64,000 nt of DNA from the NCBI GenBank assembly GCA_002410925.1, contig DHPR01000013.1, positions 1-64,000 of the forward strand, written 5' to 3'. Source of the DNA: a bacterium UBP13_UBA5359 (lineage in GTDB: Bacteria; UBP13; UBA5359). Positions 29,052 through 39,869 of this stretch are shown here, one piece after another (position 1 is the stretch's first letter; every line of letters starts with the position of its first letter). Position numbers and translations under genes: made by a program. The notes beneath the pieces were generated by a model. That model saw only the letters and a list, made by a program, of their open reading frames with translations. It did not search any database and had not been told where the DNA came from.

Positions 29052-29074
29052 CAATGGCAATAATCATGCCATTG
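29052..29074. promoter_or_regulatory. Inverted repeat forming sigma54 -24/-12 motifs on both strands
   Basis: CAATGGCA-7-TGCCATTG; + strand TGGCAATAATCATGC, - strand TGGCATGATTATTGC; both are GG-N10-GC. Confidence 0.5.
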
Positions 29075-29154
29075 TATTCTTCACGTATATAAGATTGAAA
29101 GAAGGGTGAAGGCCCGGTCGGGAAGATATTCATGATCCGGACTCCTGAGGGGCA

Positions 29155-31710
29155 ATGATGTACTTGGATGTAAGTAATTTGAAAAGAGCGGGAGAGCGGC
29201 ATATGCCGTCCGATATATGCTTTGAAATTCTGGCAGCCGTTGAACAGATAAGCACACTCCCGGATCCTGAGCGAATAATAGCAATTCTGCAGGAATGGAT
29301 AGAACGGCTGACTCCAGCTTCGGGCATATCGATTTATCGTCTTGATTGCAGAGGCGCAATAGAGAATATCTTTCGTTGGGGAGAAACGCCGAAGAATGGT
29401 GATATGGTTAGCCTGGATGTAGTTGTCGGAGAGATAACCAGAGGATATGTCCATATATATTTTCCCGCAGAGAGAGGCTCTATCCATATCGATTCTCAGG
29501 CCAAAGAGATACTGATGCCTCTGATCCGGCAGGCCTTTCGGGCTTTGGAGAATATGGCGCTGCTGGAGAATTGCGAGCAGCGCTTGAACGAGCTGAATAC
29601 CATTTATGAGGCCAGCCGTGTAATCAGTGCCTCTCCTGACCTCGACAGAGTGGTCTCCTTTCTTATGGGCTTGGCAGGCAAGATTCTCAATTGTGATAGC
29701 GGGCTGGCATTGCTTTTGGATGAAAAAGCACGCCGGCTTACTCTTGAATATGTTCAGGGAGAGGTGGCATCCTTTGCTTCCGGCCTGGAAAAGCTTCTTG
29801 GGGAGGAGCTCTACCTTCAGGTTGAAGAACTGCCCCATCCATTCGTATATGATGCCGCCAGTGCGGAGAATCGTTTTGATGCTCTGCACAAGGCCTGCCC
29901 CTGGTTGAAAAGCTATGTGGCACTGCCGCTGCGAGCTGAAGGGAAAAATATAGGCTTGCTGATATTGGCTGCATCCACCGGGGTGGCGTATCCGCCGGAG
30001 CTGATACGCCTGCTAACCATATTATCTGCTCAGGCAGCAGTGATATTGAAGAATGCTCTTTCCTACAAGCGTGCCGTGGAGCAAAAAACTCTGGAGTTAT
30101 CGACGCTCTATTATGCTTCAGCCAGATTGAGCTCAGCCTCCAATGCCGAGGAAGCCAATCATGTCATTCTGGATATAATAAGCGGTGTCGTTAAATATGA
30201 TGAGAGCTTTATCTATGTTTACGATAATATCAATGAGAGGTTGATACTCAATGCTTCACGAACAGCAACCGATCCTCCATACCGGATTATCGATTGCGCT
30301 GATCAGGATAATGCCTATGCCTGGGCCTTTCACGAAGGAAAAGCAGTAATTTTCAGCGATACTGCCAGAGAAAAGCTATCCAAAGACCTGGCGGAGAAGA
30401 GAGAAATGCGGTCAGCCATAGTGATACCGCTGGTAGTGGAGCACAGAGCTATAGGTATTCTGGCTGTCCAGAGCCGTGAGCCCGCTGTTTATACGGAGGA
30501 TCATGCCCGCATGCTTTCAATTATCGCCTCTCAGGCAGCGGCCACATATAAATCGTTGGAAGTGCTGGATACTCTAACCAGCTATACGGTGAACATACTT
30601 CGCAGTATTGCTTCGGGAGTGGTTACGGTGGATACCGAGGGGCGCATAAGCCTCTGGAATGCTGCCATGGAAAAGTTTACGCGCCTGGGACGACGTAAGG
30701 TTCTGGGTGGAAGTCTTATGGATGTCATGGGAGGAATAGATGCCGAAGCCTGCCGGCGTATAGACGAGGTGAAGCGCCAGGTAATGCGCTATGGAAGAAC
30801 GATACGGGGATACGAGATATCTCTGCCCGGAAAAAAAGGAGAGCTTACCTTTAATCTGAATTGTTCCCGTTTGAAAAGCAGTTCCGGTGAGATTCTAGGA
30901 GTAGTTCTGGTATTTGAAAATATAACCGAACGCAAGGCTATAGAGGGCCAGGTTCGCAGAGTAAGCCAGCTGGCAGCTATAGGGCAGCTGGCTGCCAACG
31001 TAGCGCATGAGATAAGGAATCCTCTCAGCGCTATCAAAGGTGCCGCTCAATATCTTCAAAGTGAATTAGGAGAGCAATCCATCTTCTCAGAATTCAGCGC
31101 TATCATTAGCCAGGAAACGGACAGGCTTAACAGAGTAATTACAGACTTTCTCACCTTTGCCAGGCCCAATCCGCCCAATTTGCGTCGTTATGATCTCAAT
31201 GAGGTATTAGGACGTTGCCTGAATCTCCTGGCTGCAGAGATAGAGCAAAGAGAGATCAAAGCAAAAATACGTCTTTCCGGCAAGCTGCCGGAAATATACA
31301 TAGATAGCGATCACCTGGAGCAGGTCTTCCTTAACCTTCTGATCAACGCTCTGCAAGCGATGCAGAACGGAGGAACGCTGACCGTATCCAGTGCTCTGAC
31401 CCGCGATAGAGAGGAAACCGGCGGCGGCGGTTATATACGAGTAGATATAAGAGATAGCGGCTGCGGTATCGCCCGGGATGATCTGGATAAGATATTCGTT
31501 CCCTTTTTTACTACCAAGAGTGGTGGCAGCGGGCTCGGACTTTCTATAGTACATCAGATAGTGGAAAGCCACGGAGGCTTTATTCGTATCAGCAGCCGCG
31601 CCGATTACGGCAGCATCTTCAGCATATATATCCCGTGCAGAACCAGAGAAGAGGCGGAAGAGTTAATGCGAAGCTGCCGAAATGTCGGTAGTCCGCAGTT
31701 GACAAGATAG
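29155..31710 (+). CDS. Cytoplasmic multi-GAF/PAS sensor histidine kinase
   Basis: GAF motifs (SYVALPL...IGLL, SAIVIPLVVEHRAIGIL), PAS (GVVTVD..WNAAME), H-box AHEIRNPL, N/G1/F/G2 boxes; no TM. Confidence 0.92.
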   Translation: MMYLDVSNLKRAGERHMPSDICFEILAAVEQISTLPDPERIIAILQEWIERLTPASGISIYRLDCRGAIENIFRWGETPKNGDMVSLDVVVGEITRGYVHIYFPAERGSIHIDSQAKEILMPLIRQAFRALENMALLENCEQRLNELNTIYEASRVISASPDLDRVVSFLMGLAGKILNCDSGLALLLDEKARRLTLEYVQGEVASFASGLEKLLGEELYLQVEELPHPFVYDAASAENRFDALHKACPWLKSYVALPLRAEGKNIGLLILAASTGVAYPPELIRLLTILSAQAAVILKNALSYKRAVEQKTLELSTLYYASARLSSASNAEEANHVILDIISGVVKYDESFIYVYDNINERLILNASRTATDPPYRIIDCADQDNAYAWAFHEGKAVIFSDTAREKLSKDLAEKREMRSAIVIPLVVEHRAIGILAVQSREPAVYTEDHARMLSIIASQAAATYKSLEVLDTLTSYTVNILRSIASGVVTVDTEGRISLWNAAMEKFTRLGRRKVLGGSLMDVMGGIDAEACRRIDEVKRQVMRYGRTIRGYEISLPGKKGELTFNLNCSRLKSSSGEILGVVLVFENITERKAIEGQVRRVSQLAAIGQLAANVAHEIRNPLSAIKGAAQYLQSELGEQSIFSEFSAIISQETDRLNRVITDFLTFARPNPPNLRRYDLNEVLGRCLNLLAAEIEQREIKAKIRLSGKLPEIYIDSDHLEQVFLNLLINALQAMQNGGTLTVSSALTRDREETGGGGYIRVDIRDSGCGIARDDLDKIFVPFFTTKSGGSGLGLSIVHQIVESHGGFIRISSRADYGSIFSIYIPCRTREEAEELMRSCRNVGSPQLTR

Positions 31711-31722
31711 AGGAGGAGCAAT

Positions 31723-32946
31723 ATGGCCAAAGAGCAACAATCAAAAGTACTCATTGTCGACGATGAACCCAATATAAGACATATACTCGGCGCTATCTTA
31801 CGCAAAGACGGATATGCTGTGCAATCAGCGGATAATGGCGAAGGAGCATTGAAACTTCTTGAAGAAGAAGCTTTCGATCTGATCATAACTGATCTGGTCA
31901 TGCCCCAGATGGGCGGGATCGATCTGCTGCATGAAATTCAACAGCGCAGGCCCGGTACGTCCGTAGTTATTATGACGGCTTACGGTACTATTAAAACAGC
32001 CGTTGAAGCTATGAAGATGGGAGCGAGAGATTATATCACCAAGCCCTTTGAAATGGATGAGGTTAAGATTGTAGCTCGAAACGCACTTAATATGGCCGGC
32101 CTGGTCAAAGAGAACCGGATTCTCAAACAGGAATTAGGCCGGCGCTGTGCCTGTGACGAAATGATCGGAGATAGCCGTGCCATGGCCGAAATAACGGATA
32201 TGATAGAAAAGGTGGCTAAAAGTCGGGCTACCGTACTGATTAGCGGCGAAAGCGGCACCGGTAAGGAATTAGTGGCCAGAGCCATACATCGTAATAGCCG
32301 GCGGTCCGGCAATCCATTTATCGCCGTTAATTGCGCTGCACTTTCCAACGATCTGTTGGAGAGCGAACTATTCGGCCATGAAAAGGGCGCCTTTACGGGG
32401 GCTATGGCGCAAAAGCCGGGCAGATTCGAACTGGCGGATGGAGGTACTCTCTTTCTGGATGAAGTAGGAGAGATCAGCCCTGCGCTCCAGGTAAAGCTTT
32501 TGCGTATACTTCAGGAACGCGAATTCGAGAGGGTGGGAGGTACAAAGACTATAAAAGTAGATATAAGGCTTATAGCAGCCACCAATCGTGATCTGGAGGA
32601 GGCGGTAAAGAAGAACGACTTTCGTGAAGATCTATATTATCGTCTTAAGGTTATAGAGATGCATACTCCTTCGCTTAGAGAGCGCATTGAGGATATTCCC
32701 ATGCTGGCAGAACATTTTCTCAAACGTTTTTCACATGAGAACGGTAAAAAGCTGAGAGAAATAAGCAGCGAGGCGACCAATCTCTGTCAAAGCTATAGTT
32801 GGCCAGGCAATATCAGAGAGTTGGAAAACGCTGTGGAATATGCCGTTATTATGGCCGATGAACGCTGTGAGGAATTGACGCCGGAGATGCTTCCTTTGAG
32901 CATACAGCTTGCTTTTAATCGTAAAGAGGATGAGGTGAAGGCATGA
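31723..32946 (+). CDS. Sigma54-dependent response regulator (REC + AAA+), no C-terminal HTH
   Basis: [49 protein letters not shown]; ends about 35 aa later with no Fis HTH. Confidence 0.92.
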   Translation: MAKEQQSKVLIVDDEPNIRHILGAILRKDGYAVQSADNGEGALKLLEEEAFDLIITDLVMPQMGGIDLLHEIQQRRPGTSVVIMTAYGTIKTAVEAMKMGARDYITKPFEMDEVKIVARNALNMAGLVKENRILKQELGRRCACDEMIGDSRAMAEITDMIEKVAKSRATVLISGESGTGKELVARAIHRNSRRSGNPFIAVNCAALSNDLLESELFGHEKGAFTGAMAQKPGRFELADGGTLFLDEVGEISPALQVKLLRILQEREFERVGGTKTIKVDIRLIAATNRDLEEAVKKNDFREDLYYRLKVIEMHTPSLRERIEDIPMLAEHFLKRFSHENGKKLREISSEATNLCQSYSWPGNIRELENAVEYAVIMADERCEELTPEMLPLSIQLAFNRKEDEVKA

Positions 32947-34358
32947 GAGTTCAGCAGGCGACGAGGCAATCACAGAAAATAGATCCTAAAATAATAGCTA
33001 CCAGCGCCATTTTACAGCTCTCATCGTTAGAACTTACGCAGAAAATAGAGAGCGAACTTCAAGAGAATCCTGCACTGGAAGAGGAAAAAGAGAGCCTTTG
33101 CCCTAATTGTAATCAGCCTATGAAGAGCAGTATTTGTGAACACTGTGGCGCAGCTTCCGATGATAGGTCCAGTGCCGATAACCTGGTATGGGAACAATTC
33201 GGGTATTACTATGACGGGACAAACTATCATCATTACGAAGATCAGCACGACCCATTGTCAAGGTTGGAGGATGAGGTTTCACTGCAAGAACATTTGCAAC
33301 AATTGTTGCGCATCATCATCTCTAATGAAGATTATGTCATTGGCGATTTTTTGATCAGCAACATAGATGATAATGGATATTTACATTGCAGCCCGAGTGA
33401 GGTTGCAGAGAGACTGCGCTTGCCGGAAGAGAGGGTTAATGCAGTATTAAAGTCATTGCAGACGCTGGATCCTCCCGGTGTGGGTGCTCGCACTCCTCAG
33501 GAATGCCTTCTGTTGCAATTGGATTATCTGGCAGATAGAGGTATGGGAAATTCATTGGCTTATGCTATTGTCGAATCTTGTTTCTTTCAACTGGGAAACC
33601 ATCGTTACAAAGATATAGCCAGAGCTTTGGGTGTAAAGGTGGCCGAGGTCCAGAAAGCCGGCGATTTTATTCGAGATAATCTGAATCCTTATCCCGGCAG
33701 GCAGTTTCGCAGCTCATGGGATTTTCAGCCGGTATCCAGATCAAGCCTTACGCGGCCTGATGTTATTATTCGTTATGATGGAAAGGCATATACGGTGGAA
33801 GTTGTGGACGGACGGGACATAACGCTCAGGATCAATAAATTCTATCGCAATCTCTATCTGGATATGCAGAACAACAGAGAGAGTTATACTCAGGAGGAAA
33901 GAAAACATACCGCCGGCTATATCGAGAGAGCAGAATTGTTGATCAAAAATATTCATCAACGGCGGCAAACCATTCATGATATAACCAGCTGCATAATCGA
34001 TTTTCAATATAAATTTCTGGAAACAGGAGATAGATTGGATCTTATACCCCTAACTCGTACCAAAGTGGCCGCTACCCTGGGAACAGATGAATCCACTGTT
34101 AGCCGGGCGCTGACCAATAAATATGTGGAACTGCCCAGCCATCAGATAACCGATTATGATATCTTTTTTGATGCCTCACTCAGTATAAAGGAGATAATCA
34201 GGAAAATTATTACGGAGGAAGATCCATGCAATCCCATCAGCGATGAGGATATAAAGAAGAAGCTCTGCGGTATGGGCTGCGACATAGCACGCCGTACCGT
34301 GACTAAATACCGTGAGGAGATGGAGGTACTGTCATCTAATTTGAGGAGGCGTTACTGA
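32943..34358 (+). CDS. rpoN: RNA polymerase sigma-54 factor
   Basis: ILQLSSLEL...[35 protein letters not shown], RpoN box [14 protein letters not shown] overlap with the activator. Confidence 0.95.
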   Translation: MRVQQATRQSQKIDPKIIATSAILQLSSLELTQKIESELQENPALEEEKESLCPNCNQPMKSSICEHCGAASDDRSSADNLVWEQFGYYYDGTNYHHYEDQHDPLSRLEDEVSLQEHLQQLLRIIISNEDYVIGDFLISNIDDNGYLHCSPSEVAERLRLPEERVNAVLKSLQTLDPPGVGARTPQECLLLQLDYLADRGMGNSLAYAIVESCFFQLGNHRYKDIARALGVKVAEVQKAGDFIRDNLNPYPGRQFRSSWDFQPVSRSSLTRPDVIIRYDGKAYTVEVVDGRDITLRINKFYRNLYLDMQNNRESYTQEERKHTAGYIERAELLIKNIHQRRQTIHDITSCIIDFQYKFLETGDRLDLIPLTRTKVAATLGTDESTVSRALTNKYVELPSHQITDYDIFFDASLSIKEIIRKIITEEDPCNPISDEDIKKKLCGMGCDIARRTVTKYREEMEVLSSNLRRRY

Positions 34359-34403
34359 AGAAGCATAGAGCTGAGAAAAGAAAGAGCAAGGAGGAGAAAA
34401 GAG

Positions 34404-34907
34404 ATGGCTGAAAATAATGGCCATAACAAGAACAAGGAAAAGAGTAGGAGAAAGATGGCAGGCCGACCGGACAGCACTATCGAGGTGGATGAACTGCAGG
34501 CTCTCTCTACCGATGAGGCACGCCAGATGCTGGAGATATTGGGTACCGAGAACGCAGGTTATGAAGCAGACGACCCTGATATGTCCATCGAGGATGCCAG
34601 GCCGTACTTTCCTCCCCTGGAAGATCCTTACAGCCCACCTGCCGAGCGTGAGCTGCAGGATGAACCCGACATGACGGATCCTGCTTTTAGAAAAGAGGTT
34701 ACTCCCGATGACTACCTGGAAAAGAGGGTCAGATATGAACTGGAGCACAGCGCTCAGATTACTATGGATAATATAAGCGTATCCAGCAATCACGGCATAA
34801 TATTCCTTAATGGGAGGGCGGGCAGCCTTGAAGAGGCCGGAGAGGCAGAGGAGATAGCCGGCACAATTGAAGGCGTAAGAGAGGTAATAAGTAATTTGAA
34901 TTGGTGA
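34404..34907 (+). CDS. BON-domain protein with acidic N-terminal region
   Basis: C-terminal DDYLEKRVRYEL...ISVSSNHGIIFLNG...AEEIAGTIEGVREVISNL. Confidence 0.82.
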   Translation: MAENNGHNKNKEKSRRKMAGRPDSTIEVDELQALSTDEARQMLEILGTENAGYEADDPDMSIEDARPYFPPLEDPYSPPAERELQDEPDMTDPAFRKEVTPDDYLEKRVRYELEHSAQITMDNISVSSNHGIIFLNGRAGSLEEAGEAEEIAGTIEGVREVISNLNW

Positions 34908-34933
34908 ATATTTAGCCGGGAACTCTTAACGAT

Positions 34934-34962
34934 TTGATAACGTCTAAGCTGTGTAATATAAT
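34934..34962 (+). promoter_or_regulatory. SigA-type promoter
   Basis: TTGATA-17 nt-TATAAT. Confidence 0.55.
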
Positions 34963-35021
34963 GGCTGTATAAGTATATTAATAGAATAGCCATAAACATA
35001 TACAGCACCAACGGTGATTTT

Positions 35022-38000
35022 TTGAGAAGAGCCATAATTGCAGCCATAATGGCAATCACGATTATCTTTACAATCGCCTGCTTGATCTGGGTAAAAAGCA
35101 GAAGCCTTCCAACACTTATCAAGCAGGCGATTGTTTCTGAGCTTTCACGTAATTTGGATACGGCCGTCTTCGTTGGCGATGTTCAATTCGGAGGACCTTT
35201 TTCCATTCAGCTGGAAAATGTAGCCATAGCCGGTCGTAATCAAGAAGCCGGCACGGAGCCCTTTCTGCAAAGCGATGAAGTTGATGTGATACTCGATCCG
35301 CTGAGATATCTCTTTTCCGGCGGTAAACCCATAGATATCATAAGAGGATTGCATATCGGACGGCCGCAGGTCAGCTTGTCTCGGGTTTCCGATGGCGGAT
35401 GGAATATTCCTTTGCCGGTATCAGGCTCCGGCTCTGGTAGAAGATGGCCGGATATCGAAATAACGCTCCATAATGGAACTTTGGCGGTTGATGCAGCTGA
35501 AAGAGATAGCATGCTACCTGAGCGTATAACCGCCAATCTGGATAACGGCATCCTGAATTTGAACAAAAAAGAGCTCTCTTTCAACATAAATGCAGGGGTA
35601 ATCAGTGACGGCAGAGATAATAGGAATAGGGTGGTTTTAAAAGGCAGTTACGGTACAGCGGGCGGGTGTTTGCAAATGCAGTTTGATCAATTGCAGGCCG
35701 GCATATGGCGCCGAATGCTCTCTCGTTTTACCTCTGCAGATATAATCTCCGGCAGCCTTAGCGGGTATATAAATGCAGAACATAAATCCAATGCATGGAG
35801 GCTGAACAAGGGTTCTGTTAATTTATCCGATGCGCGTATATTACCTTATAAAGATGCTGCAGAAGTCATGATACGTCAGGCGAAATTGCGCCTGGATGAT
35901 AAAAACATTTATCTGCCTCGGACAGCCCTGCAATGGCTTGGTGAAACGGCCTATCTTTCCGGCAATATCGAAGATTACAGGCAGGCACGTAAGCTTGACT
36001 TGAAAATCGATGCCGATTCGACGAACTTAGCTCGATTGGCAGCCGCAGTAACGCAGGGTGATTTGCCCTGTATAGAGGGGCAGGGCACGGTCGGTATTCG
36101 AGTATCGGGTTCGCTATCCTCGCCACGCCTCTTCGGCTCAATTAAAAGCGATCGCATCAGTTATAATAAGGAGCGCTTACAAGATGTCAAGGCTGATTTT
36201 GCATGCTTAAATGGAGGCAGATACCTTCTCTCCGGTGAAGCACGTTATCTTGATGCGCCTATTAGCGGCCGTTTGACGGGCAAAAACGGTCGGCTTAGCT
36301 ATGTCGGACGGGTGAATAATCTGGAGGCCAGGCGCATACCCGCTTTGGCGCAGGCCGGCCTGGCCGGTATAGGTAGAGTATCTATGCATTTTCAAGGCCG
36401 CTCTGGGCATGAAAATTATTTACTGCAAGGCAAATTCTCGGGTGGTTCAGGAAATATAAAAGGATTCGGTTATAAATCCGTTACCGGCCGTTTCACTTCC
36501 AACGGCAATGGTATCAACCTGCAAGAGATGAAGTTCGGCACCGAGTTTGGAACGCTGGAGGCAAAGGCTATTATACATAAGGGGCGCTTCAATCTCTCTC
36601 TTCATGGCAGCGATCTCCAGCCCGGCAGAATATTGCCGCCGCAATTCAAGGGAATCAAAGCCAACATGAAGGCAGATATAAGAGGCCCCTCCTCCCGGGG
36701 CGGCATGGCGCTCACAGCCCATTTTAATTTCAGCCAAGGCATTTACGGAGTCAACTCTTTACATTTGACATTTCCTCAGACCTCTTCTTCAAAAGCTTGC
36801 GAGCGCAACTCCTTACGTTTGGCATTTTCCCAGCTCTTCTCTTCGGAAGAGAGCTCTCAACCCGTTCTACGTGCCGTTGTCAGCGGTCGGGAATTGATAT
36901 ATCAAGGTGTTCCGCTGGATAAGCTTGAAGCCGATCTAATATATAGCGAAGGCCAATTAAGAATTCCCAGCCTGATTGTAAAAGAGGCCGCCGGAGATTT
37001 AACCGCAACTGGAATAAGTGTGCCGGTGGCGCTTAAGAACGGCCGAATAAGCTTTGGCGGTCCTATTGCCGGAAAGATAGATGCGTCGCTTGTGGATATG
37101 ACAGCCTGGGGCTGGAAACGTTTAGCCAATTTCTCAGGACCGCTGAAAATTCATGGAAGCCTGAGCGGTAGCGTTGAGAATCCCATCTTATCCGGTAACA
37201 TTGCTCTTCCGAAAGGCTATCTGAATTTACAGGGGCTTGACATCAGTGCTTTGGCCTGCAATTTTACAGCTGACAGGGATAAAATTGATATAGCGAATCT
37301 GAAAGGAAAGATAGGGCAATTCGGTGGCGATTCATCTATTGCTTCTTACACCATAGGTAGCTTCAGCGGTGACGGTAACATATCATTGCAGAATTGGCAA
37401 CTGGATAAGCTGCATGGACGTTTGGCACTGACGGATGGACGTTTGGAGAGCCTGGCCTATCTAGTCGCTCCCTATTTTAAAAATATTTCGGGCGCTTTTT
37501 CGGGTGATATTTTTATTGCGGGAAAGGTATCTTCTCCTGCTATTATCGGAGATATTCGTCTGGCGGATGCCGGAGGCTATTTTGGCTCTCTGAAAACCCC
37601 TCTGGCGGGTGTGAACGGCCAGCTTCATTTGAGCGGCAATCAACTTGAAATAGTCCGGTTGAAAGGCATGATGGATAAGGGTACCTTTAATATAAGCGGT
37701 GATGTGGAATTAGAGGGTATCAAGCCTACTTTTTTGAAGTTGGCTGTAGCCTCCGATAATGCTCGTATCAATTACTCACCTTGCTTCGATGGGTTAGTCG
37801 CTTCTGAATTGCTTATCTCCGGCCCGGTAGCAGAACCGCTGATTGAAGGCAGCATCGGCATTACTAACAGCCGAGTCTCTCTGGCCGGCCTGAACGGTGC
37901 GGATAAGAGCTTTTTTCATCCGGAGCTTAATATCAAAGGCACCATGGGCCATGGCGTCGAGATCATTCTCTCAAAGATATCCGCTCCCGTAAAGGGAACG

Positions 38001-38105
38001 CTTGAAATCTCCGGCACACTGGAAGCGCCCCGGTTGGAACCCCGGAATATGGTGGCTGATTTCGGACTGTTTAAGATTCCTATTAAGAATATTTCGCTCT
38101 TCTAA
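35022..38105 (+). CDS. TamB/AsmA-like large beta-rich envelope protein
   Basis: N-terminal TM anchor; AsmA-like start; repeated GSLSSPRL / GSVENPILSG / GPVAEPLIEG / GTLEAPRL motifs. Confidence 0.78.
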   Translation: MRRAIIAAIMAITIIFTIACLIWVKSRSLPTLIKQAIVSELSRNLDTAVFVGDVQFGGPFSIQLENVAIAGRNQEAGTEPFLQSDEVDVILDPLRYLFSGGKPIDIIRGLHIGRPQVSLSRVSDGGWNIPLPVSGSGSGRRWPDIEITLHNGTLAVDAAERDSMLPERITANLDNGILNLNKKELSFNINAGVISDGRDNRNRVVLKGSYGTAGGCLQMQFDQLQAGIWRRMLSRFTSADIISGSLSGYINAEHKSNAWRLNKGSVNLSDARILPYKDAAEVMIRQAKLRLDDKNIYLPRTALQWLGETAYLSGNIEDYRQARKLDLKIDADSTNLARLAAAVTQGDLPCIEGQGTVGIRVSGSLSSPRLFGSIKSDRISYNKERLQDVKADFACLNGGRYLLSGEARYLDAPISGRLTGKNGRLSYVGRVNNLEARRIPALAQAGLAGIGRVSMHFQGRSGHENYLLQGKFSGGSGNIKGFGYKSVTGRFTSNGNGINLQEMKFGTEFGTLEAKAIIHKGRFNLSLHGSDLQPGRILPPQFKGIKANMKADIRGPSSRGGMALTAHFNFSQGIYGVNSLHLTFPQTSSSKACERNSLRLAFSQLFSSEESSQPVLRAVVSGRELIYQGVPLDKLEADLIYSEGQLRIPSLIVKEAAGDLTATGISVPVALKNGRISFGGPIAGKIDASLVDMTAWGWKRLANFSGPLKIHGSLSGSVENPILSGNIALPKGYLNLQGLDISALACNFTADRDKIDIANLKGKIGQFGGDSSIASYTIGSFSGDGNISLQNWQLDKLHGRLALTDGRLESLAYLVAPYFKNISGAFSGDIFIAGKVSSPAIIGDIRLADAGGYFGSLKTPLAGVNGQLHLSGNQLEIVRLKGMMDKGTFNISGDVELEGIKPTFLKLAVASDNARINYSPCFDGLVASELLISGPVAEPLIEGSIGITNSRVSLAGLNGADKSFFHPELNIKGTMGHGVEIILSKISAPVKGTLEISGTLEAPRLEPRNMVADFGLFKIPIKNISLF

Positions 38106-38250
38106 ACTTGCAAACGCACTCGAATCCCAAGCAACCGACTCCAACCCCAAGCAACCTACCCCAATCCTCCTGGCTCCTGGCTCCTGTCTCCTGACTCCTA
38201 AACTTGCAAACGCACTCGAATACTGAACAACCGCCCTCCACCCCAAACAG
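38102..38250. repeat. Intergenic repeat block: 24-bp direct repeat plus heptamer array
   Basis: CTAAACTTGCAAACGCACTCGAAT at 38102 and 38198; (CTCCTGN)x4 at 38167-38194. Confidence 0.8.
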
Positions 38251-38333
38251 CCTTGCAGCGCTCTATTTTTGGTCACGACGTGCTATAATGATACTATAAT
38301 TGAATCTTTGATCACTTCGGGAAGAGGGAAACC

Positions 38334-39725
38334 ATGCAGCTTCAATTCCACGGTGCCGCTCAGACGGTCACCGGCTCCATGCATCTCTTATCATTCAATG
38401 ATAAAAAGGTATTGTTGGATTGCGGCCTTTACCAGGGACGGCGCCAGGAAGCCCGAGAGCGTAACAGCAGCTTTCCCTTTGATTCTCGTCAGATAGATTG
38501 CTTGTTACTCTCACATGCCCACCTCGATCATTGCGGTAATATACCCTCACTGGTCAAGGCCGGTTTTGCCGGCAAGGTTTTCTGTACCCATGCTACCAGG
38601 GACCTGGCAATAGCCCTTCTCTTCGACAGTGCGCGTGTACAGATGGAGGATGCCCGATATTTGAATGCTCATCTTCCCGCAGACAGCCCGGAGGTCAAGC
38701 CGCTTTATGATACTAATGACGTGGCGGAATGTCTTGATAGCTTTGTCGGAGTGGATTACGACCGTAAGTTCTATCCTGTGCCCGGAATGGCAGCTGTTTT
38801 TCGTGATGCCGGGCATATATTGGGATCGGCTGCTATTGTCTGTGATATTGAGGAGGATGGAAGGAATAAATCTATCTGCTTTAGTGGTGATCTGGGACGC
38901 CCTCGTATGTTTATCTTGCGCGATCCGTACCAGGTAAAGAATGTCGATTATCTTATTTTGGAAAGCACTTACGGTTCCAGGCTTCATGAGCCCATAGAGA
39001 AGAGCAAGGAGATACTGCGACGACATATTGAAGAAATATATCGCAGCGGCGGCCGTATAATAGTGCCTGCCTTTGCCGTAGGGAGGACACAGACCCTTAT
39101 CTATATCCTCCACCATCTGTATAACGAGGGCGGAATACCCCATATACCGGTATTTGTGGATAGTCCCCTGGCCATGAATATCACCGCTATATTCTCCGAA
39201 TATCCGGAGTACTACAGTGAAGAAACTCGACGATTTATCGCTTCTTCCAATGAAAAGCCGTTCGGCTTCGGTTCCCTTACCTATATCAAGAGCGTAGCTG
39301 AATCCAAGGTGCTGAACGGATATCGTAAGCCATGTATAGTGATTGCTTCTTCGGGAATGTGTGAAGGCGGCAGGATACTTCACCATCTGCGCCATGGTAT
39401 AGGTAACCCTGATAATCTGGTGCTTATCACCGGCTTTGCGGCAGAGAACACTTTGGCAAGGCGCCTGATTGATGGAGAAAAGCAAGTTCCCATTCTTGGG
39501 GAAGAGCATACCGTGAAAGCCAGGATATCCGTTATGCAAGAGCTTAGCGCCCATGCCGACAGAAATAATCTGCTGGATTTTGTCGGGCGCATCGGTCCCT
39601 CCTTGCGCCGGATCTTTCTGGTGCATGGCGATTCCGATGCGCTGCAGGGGTTGTTCGATAGCCTTACCGATAATGCTCTGCATGATGTTGCCGTTCCTCT
39701 GCCGGGCGATACTTTTGATCTTTGA
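38334..39725 (+). CDS. MBL/beta-CASP metallo-hydrolase (RNase-like)
   Basis: DCGLYQG, SHAHLDH, AGHILGS, SGDLG, ESTYG, SGMCEGGRI.HHL, SAHAD, VHG. Confidence 0.92.
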   Translation: MQLQFHGAAQTVTGSMHLLSFNDKKVLLDCGLYQGRRQEARERNSSFPFDSRQIDCLLLSHAHLDHCGNIPSLVKAGFAGKVFCTHATRDLAIALLFDSARVQMEDARYLNAHLPADSPEVKPLYDTNDVAECLDSFVGVDYDRKFYPVPGMAAVFRDAGHILGSAAIVCDIEEDGRNKSICFSGDLGRPRMFILRDPYQVKNVDYLILESTYGSRLHEPIEKSKEILRRHIEEIYRSGGRIIVPAFAVGRTQTLIYILHHLYNEGGIPHIPVFVDSPLAMNITAIFSEYPEYYSEETRRFIASSNEKPFGFGSLTYIKSVAESKVLNGYRKPCIVIASSGMCEGGRILHHLRHGIGNPDNLVLITGFAAENTLARRLIDGEKQVPILGEEHTVKARISVMQELSAHADRNNLLDFVGRIGPSLRRIFLVHGDSDALQGLFDSLTDNALHDVAVPLPGDTFDL

Positions 39726-39869
39726 AGATACTCTTGCCGGGTAAAGCAGGCGGCCTGCTTCCTGTGCGGAATCTTTTTAAAGTCGTTTACAAAAGTTCCT
39801 GTAACGTAGTATAATTAGGCAGGCAGTTACTTGCGCAAGAAGAGGAGTATAAAGGAGAGGAGAAGGATT

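Noticed and set aside
38102-38250. Possible mini CRISPR array (24-bp direct repeat)
   Set aside because: Only two copies, a 72-bp low-complexity spacer made of heptamers, no cas genes, and related heads occur singly elsewhere
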